Shown here piece after piece: positions 8,088-15,295 of a stretch of 22,342 nt of DNA (position 1 is its first letter; each line of letters opens with the position of its first letter). Under the pieces are notes generated by a model. It worked only from the letters and a program-made list of their open reading frames with translations, made no database searches and was not told the DNA's origin. The stretch is from Candidatus Micrarchaeia archaeon. GTDB taxonomy: Archaea; Micrarchaeota; Micrarchaeia; Micrarchaeales; CABMGC01. Both the position numbers and the translations under genes were made by a program. The stretch covers positions 1 through 22,342 of the forward strand of contig JBMFIM010000013.1 of the NCBI GenBank assembly GCA_049976305.1, read 5' to 3'.

Positions 8088-9527
8088 ATGAACGCGTTAA
8101 GGGCAGGGTATATAGTGGTCGGTTTGCTGATCCTGATCCTGCTTGCATACTACGCAGCAATTTCGGTGAAGCCGCATGTAACCTCTACAGTTCCTACAAC
8201 TTACCCTGCTAGCTATCCGGTAATGGTGGCACTTGCAGACCCGCCTTACGTGCCAAACGGCACACAGGCGCTTAACCTATCCTACTCCGGAGTCAGGGTG
8301 CACGTAATAGGAAAGAATGTATCGCAATGGATAAATTCAGGCGCTTCAGACAGCGTAGACCTCCTCAGTCTGGTGAATATAAGTAAGGTTCTTGGCACTG
8401 TTTCAGTGCCTGCAAACAGCGAGATAGACATGCTTGCCTTTAATTTGACAAGCCTGAGCATATTTATCAACTCCACCAAGTATCCAGTGGCTGTGCCGAA
8501 TGGCACGATAACTGTACATCTCCACGGCAAGGTAAACCAGTCCAGCAGCATAATAGCCGACTTTGAACCAACGATAGTTACTATTGTTACAAACAGCTCT
8601 CAGCCGGTATTTGTGCTTGTACCTTCTGTTAAGGCTGTGATAATACCAGGCATAAGCCAAAGTGCAAAGACAGGCTACATACCAGTCAACACAACCGTTA
8701 AGAGCGCCCTTAAGCTGGTTACTCCTAACATAAGCATAGTGAGTGCCTCTCTTGGCAGTGTCGGAAATGTAAGCCACGTAAGTGTGACAGTAAGAAACAA
8801 TGCAAACCAGAGTATTGTTCTTAGGAACTTGCTAGTGTTCGGGGACGAAAATATGAGCATATACTTCAACCTCAGCAGAGGGGTAATCATGCCCATGAGA
8901 GACAATGTGCGTGAGATGCCTATGGGTAGCATGAGCGTTAATGCTTTCGGCGGAGCCTTCAACAGCTTCATCCCCAATGCCTCTTCCATTTCTCTGCCAA
9001 CTCCTTCAGGTATTGGCAATGTCATCAAACATATGCCAATGCATAGCCATGGAATGTTCGCTCTCAACGAGGCGGACTTGGACGAAATGGCTAAAGAGGT
9101 AGAGTTGCACCACGGCATCATGAATGCCACAGAGCTTGAGGATTTGTTCAGGAACATAACCCACAACAGTAGCCTTTCCATACCCGCCTTTGCCAACATG
9201 AACAACAGCGAGCTCGAAGAAATTTTGAACAAGACAGTCATAAGCAGGAGAATGGAGATAGAGCATGAACACTTTAGAGTTCTTAATTTCCTGATAGCAA
9301 AGAACGGCTCATTAGTGCTTCCTTTCTCCCAATTAGACGCTGAAGACGAGTACTATGGCGGCGGCTACGTGCTAGGTGCAGGCAATACGATCACACTTTC
9401 CTTTAATGGCGAGATGACACTAGGAAACAGTGACGTAGTGCTAACATTCGAAAATGGCCAGACATATAGGCTGGTAATTGGCGGCGAGCACGGCGCTCAT
9501 GCGTCAATAAATGTCACTGCCTCATAG
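8088..9527 (+). CDS. Membrane-anchored surface glycoprotein, DUF4382-like
   Basis: N-terminal TM; VALADPP...VRVH...VDLLSL motif of DUF4382; many N-x-S/T sequons; TTTTAAA box about 30 nt upstream (leaderless-type). Confidence 0.72.
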   Translation: MNALRAGYIVVGLLILILLAYYAAISVKPHVTSTVPTTYPASYPVMVALADPPYVPNGTQALNLSYSGVRVHVIGKNVSQWINSGASDSVDLLSLVNISKVLGTVSVPANSEIDMLAFNLTSLSIFINSTKYPVAVPNGTITVHLHGKVNQSSSIIADFEPTIVTIVTNSSQPVFVLVPSVKAVIIPGISQSAKTGYIPVNTTVKSALKLVTPNISIVSASLGSVGNVSHVSVTVRNNANQSIVLRNLLVFGDENMSIYFNLSRGVIMPMRDNVREMPMGSMSVNAFGGAFNSFIPNASSISLPTPSGIGNVIKHMPMHSHGMFALNEADLDEMAKEVELHHGIMNATELEDLFRNITHNSSLSIPAFANMNNSELEEILNKTVISRRMEIEHEHFRVLNFLIAKNGSLVLPFSQLDAEDEYYGGGYVLGAGNTITLSFNGEMTLGNSDVVLTFENGQTYRLVIGGEHGAHASINVTAS

Positions 9528-9599
9528 TTTTGTTTGAATATTTAAGTAAAATTATTGTTGTATACTGCTTTTTAATTTTTAACAGGTAAAAAGTTAAAA

Positions 9600-11024
9600 G
9601 TGGAGATAAGGGAAGGTCTTTCTTTTGATGACGTGCTTCTTGTGCCTAAGCGGAATACTTTCGGATCTAGGAAGAACATAGAGCTTAAAAGCCAGCTTAC
9701 CAAGAAAATACGGCTTAATCTCCCCATAGTAAGCGCAAACATGGATACTGTTACCGAAGCAGAGATGGCAATAGCAATGGCAAATGCTGGCGGCATAGGC
9801 ATAATCCACAGGTTTAATACGATCGATGAAGAAGTAGAGCAGGTAAGGAAGGTTAAGAGGAAAAGCTCATACATAATCAAAGATCCATACACAGTTACTC
9901 CAGATACCACTGTTGAGGAGATAAGAAAGCTAATAGAGGAGAAGGGGGTTTCAGGCTTTCCGGTAGTAAATGGCAGAAAGCTTGTAGGCATGGTTACACG
10001 CAGGGATGTCAAGTTTGCAGAACCCGGCAAGAAGGCAGAGGAGATTATGACCCCTAAAAGAGACCTTGTTGTAGCATATTCATACAAAAAGCCTACTTCG
10101 AAAGACTTTATCGACCTTTTCAAGAAGTACAAGATAGAGAAAATTCCAATAGTAGATAAGCATTTCAACCTTGTTGCTTTGGTGGCTGCAAAAGATATAG
10201 AAGGCCTTTCAAATGTGCAGGTAAGTAAGAGCAAAGATGGGACTCTGCTTGTAGGTGCAGCAATAGGTACTAAAAATGATGCAGTAGAACGTGCCAGAAG
10301 GCTTATAGATGCAGGCGCTGACGTTTTGGTGCTGGATGTAGCGCATGGCCATTCTGACTCTGTGATAGAGTTGCTCAAGAGAATAAAGAAGGAATTTGAC
10401 ATAGAAGTGATAGCAGGCAATGTGGCTACAAAGGAAGGAACTGAGGACTTAATAGCTGCAGGCGCCGATGCAGTTAAAGTAGGGATAGGCCCTGGCCATG
10501 TTTGTACTACAAGGCTTGTGGCAGGCGTAGGCGTGCCCCAGTTAAGCGCAATAATGGATGCCTATTCCACCGCAAAAGAATATGGCGTACCGATAATAGG
10601 AGATGGCGGCATAAATACCTCCGGTGACATAGTCAAAGCCTTAGCCGCCGGTGCGTCTACAGTCATGATAGGAAGCCTGTTTGCAGGCACTGATGAAACG
10701 CCAGGATATTTGATAATAAGAAATAACAGAAAATTCAAGCTTTTCAGAGGAATGTCATCCGTTTCAGCAAACATAAAAAAGAGAGAAATAGAAAACTCGT
10801 CTTTCGACCCTATAGAGATAGTTGGTGAAGGCATAGAGACCTTCGTACCTTATAAAGGGTCTGTAAGCGACATATTAGTGCAGCTTGCAAATGGAATTAG
10901 GTCTGGTCTCAGCTACTGCGGTGCAAGAAACATAGATGAGTTGAGGAGAAATGCGGAATTTGTAAAGCTTGCCCCTGGAGGAAGAAAAGAAAGTTTTGAA
11001 AGACCTATAGACTCTGAACTTTAA
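9600..11024 (+). CDS. IMPDH/GMP reductase family protein with CBS pair; probably GMP reductase
   Basis: [26 protein letters not shown], two CBS repeats, [33 protein letters not shown]. Family membership is certain; specificity is discussed under findings. Confidence 0.9.
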   Translation: MEIREGLSFDDVLLVPKRNTFGSRKNIELKSQLTKKIRLNLPIVSANMDTVTEAEMAIAMANAGGIGIIHRFNTIDEEVEQVRKVKRKSSYIIKDPYTVTPDTTVEEIRKLIEEKGVSGFPVVNGRKLVGMVTRRDVKFAEPGKKAEEIMTPKRDLVVAYSYKKPTSKDFIDLFKKYKIEKIPIVDKHFNLVALVAAKDIEGLSNVQVSKSKDGTLLVGAAIGTKNDAVERARRLIDAGADVLVLDVAHGHSDSVIELLKRIKKEFDIEVIAGNVATKEGTEDLIAAGADAVKVGIGPGHVCTTRLVAGVGVPQLSAIMDAYSTAKEYGVPIIGDGGINTSGDIVKALAAGASTVMIGSLFAGTDETPGYLIIRNNRKFKLFRGMSSVSANIKKREIENSSFDPIEIVGEGIETFVPYKGSVSDILVQLANGIRSGLSYCGARNIDELRRNAEFVKLAPGGRKESFERPIDSEL

Positions 11025-11061
11025 ACACAAACTAGGCGCAATAGTTTCATGTCGCTATTCA

Positions 11062-11076
11062 GCAAAACAATATAAG
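11062..11076 (+). promoter_or_regulatory. Putative BRE/TATA promoter of tRNA-Ser
   Basis: GCAAAAC-AATATAAG centred about 28 nt upstream of the tRNA 5' end. Confidence 0.5.
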
Positions 11077-11100
11077 TCTTTAATTTTCAAATTCTTATGG

Positions 11101-11225
11101 GCCAGGGTGGCGGAATCTGGTAACGCGCTGGTCTTGAGCTTGCAAAGCTTCAAGAGCTGAATTGTGATGCAAAAGAAAACCAGTGCCCCTTCGCGGGCTT
11201 TAGGGTTCGAATCCCTACCCTGGCG
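11101..11225 (+). tRNA. tRNA-Ser(UGA) with 39-nt intron at 37/38 (11139-11177)
   Basis: Acceptor GCCAGGG/CCCTGGC plus discriminator G; anticodon stem CTGGT/ACCAG around CT-TGA-G|intron|A; long variable arm GCCC-CTTCGC-GGGC; T arm TAGGG-TTCGAAT-CCCTA; CCA not encoded. Confidence 0.92.
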
Positions 11226-11311
11226 TTATATTTGATAGTTCGGTTGGAGCATCTATGTTTCGGGAAGCAAGTAGTTCTCAACTAAGAAACCATTTCTTTT
11301 ATTTTAACAAT

Positions 11312-11360
11312 GTAAGCGGGAAATCCCACACTCTTTTAGAGGTGTGATGAGAGCGGGCCG
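11312..11360. other. Isolated hairpin resembling an IS200/IS605-type terminal palindrome
   Basis: GTAAGCGGGAAATCC-CACACTCT-TTT-AGAGGTGTG-ATGAGAGC; imperfect stem at 11327-11346; no transposase nearby. Confidence 0.35.
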
Positions 11361-11417
11361 CAGGCTCATTTCTTTTGTCTTCTCAAAGCAGCAGGCAATT
11401 TCGTTTTGCGCAAGGCG

Positions 11418-12533
11418 CTAATGGCCCAGCCTCGAAATTACAAAGATTTGCATTAGCTCTATTAGAAGTTCGACAAGTATCAAGAGAATTATGATAAACT
11501 CAAGAATATCATTATCCTTCTCTCTCAGTTGCTCTATGATAAGTGATTTTCTGGCAGAGAGCGTGCCAGCATCCCTTGTAAGCGAGTCTTTAAGTTCATT
11601 CAACCTAAAGCTTGACGCAAAAAGTCCGTAGAGTCTTGAGAGATACCATTCACCCATGCTAAAAACAGTGTTCTCTGCCCAGTTGAGAATATATGTCATT
11701 TCATTTTCAAATTCGCTAAACACCATATTTAATTTTTCTGCCTTTTTAGTGAATATTCTCGAAAAGAATCCCATCTTTCCTATCGCAGTAACTTCAGCAG
11801 TGGTCTTTTGAATGAGTGCCGATACCTTGTCTTTGTAGGTCCTAAACTTAAGGAGCTGCACGTTCGCTATCTCAGCTACAAGTAGCTCATAATCATAAGA
11901 TCTTGATTTGTCTAGCAATACTGCCCCTTCCCAGCCCACATAAAATGCATCATCACTGGCGTATGAAATATTTTTCGAGAGTGTGTAGTTTAAGTAATCT
12001 GCATCAAGCTCTTCTGCATTTGGTTCGTCTATTAGCATGCCTGCTATCAAGCTTTTATAGTTTTCGAGGCCTTCCTGCTTGCTTATGTTGAGGTAGTAGA
12101 AATAGTAGAGCTCATTGATGTTTGACACTTCTATGCCTTCAGGGTATAATTTTGCTAAAGCATTTTCAACCCTTTTTCTAGCCCTTTCAGCTATTTGGCT
12201 TAGCTGCCTTTCAACATCTTTGTCAAAGGCGAGCATCTCTAGGGTATGCCGCTCTGCTCCTTCAAACAGAATCCTTATTCTTATAGAGAAGGAGCCTATG
12301 CTGTAGATTGCTACCTGCTGCCTAGTTTTAAGCACTTTGTCGCGCAATTTCACCTCTCCCTCTCCAAGGTTGAAAACTTGGGGCAGGCTGAATGTAGGAA
12401 GTTCTTCTGGCGCCGGGGCGGTGTACTCGTATTTTGAAAAATCCTCAGGTTGTCTTAGCAAATTTTTTACTCTCTCTTCTTCGAAAGTCTTGTCTGTGTC
12501 ATAAATATACATTCCTATGAATTCGCCATCCAT
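11418..12533 (-). CDS. RMD1/DUF155-related protein with C-terminal TM helix
   Basis: EIANVQLLKFRTY, GEWYLSRLY...F and terminal ILEFIIILLILVELL resemble the RMD1-like C-terminus (LEWIII.LI..E). Confidence 0.65.
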   Translation of the reverse strand: MDGEFIGMYIYDTDKTFEEERVKNLLRQPEDFSKYEYTAPAPEELPTFSLPQVFNLGEGEVKLRDKVLKTRQQVAIYSIGSFSIRIRILFEGAERHTLEMLAFDKDVERQLSQIAERARKRVENALAKLYPEGIEVSNINELYYFYYLNISKQEGLENYKSLIAGMLIDEPNAEELDADYLNYTLSKNISYASDDAFYVGWEGAVLLDKSRSYDYELLVAEIANVQLLKFRTYKDKVSALIQKTTAEVTAIGKMGFFSRIFTKKAEKLNMVFSEFENEMTYILNWAENTVFSMGEWYLSRLYGLFASSFRLNELKDSLTRDAGTLSARKSLIIEQLREKDNDILEFIIILLILVELLIELMQIFVISRLGH

Positions 12534-12727
12534 AAATTTATTGAAAGAAGCAAAATATAAAAGAGCATTTACAGCAGCATATCTCCTTTATTCTTTTCCT
12601 CTTTTCCTTTTCTAGATGGTTATTGCCAATTGACTTTAAAAATCCAAAAGCCAAGCATTAAGTAGTAAAAATGTCATTCCAGGGTTGGAGTTTTCGCAAG
12701 TGCATCTTTATACTTCAGCGTAGCCAT

Positions 12728-13312
12728 CTATTGCAACTTAACTAATGCTTCTATGGACCTTCGCACTCGCACACCGCTCTTCGATGCGTACACTCTAAGC
12801 TTGTGCTTATCTGCGTTGTCTAGTAGCACACGCACGACTTCGTCTTCGAGCCTAATTCTGTAATAGGCGAAGTCTATGACTGTTTTCTCTATATCAGAAA
12901 CTGGAACAAAGAGACCTGAATATTTCACATACTCAAAGCCAAACATCATCTTCTTCGCTATCCTTCTTACTATGATCCTGTGGCCCATAATCTCTTTCTC
13001 CCCAGGCTTTGCTTTCGTTGCAGTTATAACTACAGGATTCGCCATCTGCGTCCACAACCTCCTTATAGTAAGCGCATATTCTAGGCCATAGTAAAAGGGT
13101 GCGAACCTGAATCCTACAACGGCCTCGTTGTTGGAGAAGGTATAATAGCCGTTGCCGAGTGCAAAGATCCTATGCTTCTTAACCTGGTTGTGGATGAACA
13201 GCTTTGCATATGCCTCCGACGCGCCAAGTTTCGACATAAAGCGTTTTGCATCGTTGAGCGTGAATATGCTTTCTTTCGAGAAATAATTTTCAAATTCCTT
13301 TTCATACTTCAT
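12728..13312 (-). CDS. AbiEi-type (type IV TA) antitoxin / transcriptional regulator
   Basis: N-terminal wHTH (IFTLNDA...LGNGYY), PFYYGLEYAL...L, VSDIEKTVIDF; start overlaps the restored stop of the upstream nucleotidyltransferase. Confidence 0.85.
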   Translation of the reverse strand: MKYEKEFENYFSKESIFTLNDAKRFMSKLGASEAYAKLFIHNQVKKHRIFALGNGYYTFSNNEAVVGFRFAPFYYGLEYALTIRRLWTQMANPVVITATKAKPGEKEIMGHRIIVRRIAKKMMFGFEYVKYSGLFVPVSDIEKTVIDFAYYRIRLEDEVVRVLLDNADKHKLRVYASKSGVRVRRSIEALVKLQ

Positions 13313-13947
13313 TCAACCATCTCTTTAGGTAGTCAACAATTTCTCTGAATGTATATTTACCATATCCTTTGTATACTAGCGACCTCAGTATATACTCATC
13401 TACAGGCTCCTTCAAGCCTTTTACGAATTCCGAGAATTTCTGCCTTACATAGTAATCGTTTTTGTCTTAGGAAATTGGTCAGCTGGACTAGGTCATACAA
13501 GTCCCTTATGTAGCGCCTGCTCGAATAGGCTTTCATCTTCCTCACTGCAAGATCAAGCGGCGAAAGCGTAAATATAGTCATGCGCGTGCCGTCGACCTTT
13601 TCATACTGTGCTAGAACACTCTCCGGTCTGCCTGTCTTTGCCTCAAGCAATACGGTTGTCTGTCCGTCTGAAATGCGCACATTAGATTCCAGCTCTGGAT
13701 TTCTCCAAACTACTACAAGATTGTGTTTTTTCAGCTCAGGAAGCAGTCTTTTGGAAAATGATTTGGAAACATAGATGTCAATGTCTTCGGAAAACCCGCC
13801 TCCACCATAGCAGCGCCATACTGCGGTACCACCATACAGCACAGCGTCGGGCTGCACATGATTGTATATTATCTCAATTAGCGTGTCCTGAAGCTGTGCG
13901 ATTGCAAGCTTCTCGCCGTGGAGCATGCTTCCTATTGGGTAGTCCAT
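13302..13947 (-). pseudogene. AbiEii-type nucleotidyltransferase toxin, frameshifted (+1) near 13467
   Basis: YGGTAVWRCY...FSEDIDIY, K..AY..R...RDLYDL. Removing one base at CTA-A-GAC restores LDKNDYYVRQKFSEFVKGLKEPVDEYILRSLVYKG...LKRWLNEV* with its stop at 13302, overlapping the antitoxin start; total span 646 nt = 3n+1. Confidence 0.8.
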
Positions 13948-14021
13948 AATATTAAAATAACCAAAAGTTATAATAATATATATCTTTTATTGATTAAATT
14001 ACTTGCCGTAGGAATCGAATA

Positions 14022-14069
14022 CTTACCTTTGGCAGAAGTAAATTTGGCCTTAATCTTACCTTTGCAGAA
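14022..14069. repeat. Imperfect direct repeat CTTACCTTT(G)GCAGAA x2
   Basis: Copies at 14022-14037 and 14055-14069, upstream of the AbiE pair. Confidence 0.55.
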
Positions 14070-14075
14070 TCATGG

Positions 14076-15059
14076 TCACGGCGGCGTGTAGCCCTGCCAC
14101 CAATTATTTATAAATACAACATTATTCGGCACGCCGTGGTTGCCGTTGCCACTGTAGTCGTTGGCGTTGCCGTTCAATGGCCACCAGCCTGCAAGGTGCT
14201 GCAGGTCTATGGGCGCGCCGCCTATGCCCTCTTGATAGAGGGCCTGGATTTCGTTTGATGAAAGGGAGGTATTGTAAAACTGGACATTTGCTAATAAGCC
14301 ATTATAATTATAACCACAGCAATGCGGACCACCAGTACCTGTACCACCTATAGAAACAAACTGTCCAACCCCAACCAAATTTGACGAACCTATCGTATTT
14401 GCATATACCTGTTGCCCGTCTAAATAAAGAAATTCACCTGATGTATCAGAGCCAGTTATTGCAAAAAAATGCCATGAATAGGGATTTGGCAATTTAAAAA
14501 TTTTCCAATTTCCCCCATTCATACATCCACCATAATATATAGTGGTAGTATTACTACCAACACTCACTTGTTGTGCCCATTCATCTGTAAATGGCAAACC
14601 TCCGCCTCCTGATGAATAGGCGGGCAATCCCATATATTTAAACCACAAAGTTACTGTTGCTGCTTTGAGATTAGGATTTAAAACATATGGATCAGCACCT
14701 ATAGGAATCCAGCTTGTATTGCCGTTGAACTCTGCCACATACTCTGGCAGCTCGCCCTGGCACTCGCCCTCCAGGTTTATGTCAAATGTCGTGCCAGGCC
14801 CGTTTGGCCTGAATACCTGGCAGGCGCCTGGAGGCGCCTTCGGGGAGAAGTTGTTGGCATTGAAAACGCCGAGCTGAAACAAGGCGCCGAGCACAACCGC
14901 TATTATGAGTATGGCCCAGCCATATGTCATAAGGTATTCCATTGCTGACTGGGCTTTTGCTTTGGCCCTTGCCAAAGACCTTGCTTTGAACATGGTTTTA
15001 TGATTAGGGCGATTTCTTTTCCAACCTTGCATGTATGAAGCCTTGCCCTTTTTCTGCAT
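14076..15059 (-). CDS. Class III signal peptide (pilin-like) protein with LamG/concanavalin-like jellyroll domain
   Basis: KA/QSAMEYLMTYGWAILIIAVVLGALFQLG prepilin-type motif; AEFNG, TVTLWFK, WHFFAIT, LYLDGQ, NGLLANVQFYNTSLS, WWPLNGNANDYSGNG. The start may be ATG 14993. Confidence 0.88.
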   Translation of the reverse strand: MQKKGKASYMQGWKRNRPNHKTMFKARSLARAKAKAQSAMEYLMTYGWAILIIAVVLGALFQLGVFNANNFSPKAPPGACQVFRPNGPGTTFDINLEGECQGELPEYVAEFNGNTSWIPIGADPYVLNPNLKAATVTLWFKYMGLPAYSSGGGGLPFTDEWAQQVSVGSNTTTIYYGGCMNGGNWKIFKLPNPYSWHFFAITGSDTSGEFLYLDGQQVYANTIGSSNLVGVGQFVSIGGTGTGGPHCCGYNYNGLLANVQFYNTSLSSNEIQALYQEGIGGAPIDLQHLAGWWPLNGNANDYSGNGNHGVPNNVVFINNWWQGYTPP

Positions 15060-15124
15060 GCCCTCACTGATAGTATTGAAAAAAACAATAAATACTTTTC
15101 TGCCTGCCTTCGCAGAAAAAGGTT

Positions 15125-15256
15125 TGGGGTTGCTGGGATTTGAACCCAGACTTGCAGGTTACTTCACGCATCGTGCTTCCAGATCTTCATCATCGCAACG
15201 CTCATCAAGCTTAAGCATCTGGAGCCTGCCGCGCTGCCAGGTTACGCTACAACCCC
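15125..15256 (-). tRNA. tRNA-Trp(CCA) with 59-nt intron at 37/38 (15160-15218)
   Basis: Minus strand: acceptor GGGGTTG/CAACCCC plus A; anticodon stem GCAGG/CCTGC around CT-CCA-G|intron|A; T arm CTGGG-TTCAAAT-CCCAG. Confidence 0.94.
15160..15218 (-). ncRNA. Putative intron-encoded box C/D guide RNA
   Basis: Intron reads TTGATGA-GCGTT-GCGA-TGATGA-AGATCTGGAAGC-ACGA; TCTGGA is complementary to TCCAGA, which spans the anticodon loop. Confidence 0.65.
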
Positions 15257-15279
15257 TCAATCTTGTTTGCTTTCTAACG

Positions 15280-15295
15280 CTTATATATTTTTCTC
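15280..15295 (-). promoter_or_regulatory. Putative BRE/TATA promoter of tRNA-Trp, embedded in the 3' end of the upstream CDS
   Basis: Minus strand GAGAAAAA-TATATAAG, 24-39 nt upstream of the tRNA 5' end. Confidence 0.55.

Noticed and set aside
9572..10420. 282-aa - strand ORF
   Set aside because: Antisense to the IMPDH/GMPR gene; the Ser/Phe-rich composition is typical of shadow frames. The same applies to the other nested ORFs in the track.
11135..11137. Selenocysteine or suppressor tRNA
   Set aside because: The anticodon is UGA (reads UCA, Ser), not UCA; normal 7-bp acceptor stem.
12675..12727. 17-codon ORF after the antitoxin, and CCAGGGT match to the tRNA-Ser end as a possible att site
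   Set aside because: The ORF is too short to support; the match is only 7 nt and inverted.
14004..14022. TTCGATTCC T-loop-like word on the minus strand as a tRNA fragment/att
   Set aside because: No T-stem or acceptor pairing, and no extended identity to either tRNA.
14022..14069. Mini CRISPR array
   Set aside because: Only two 15-16 nt imperfect copies with a 17-nt gap; no cas genes.
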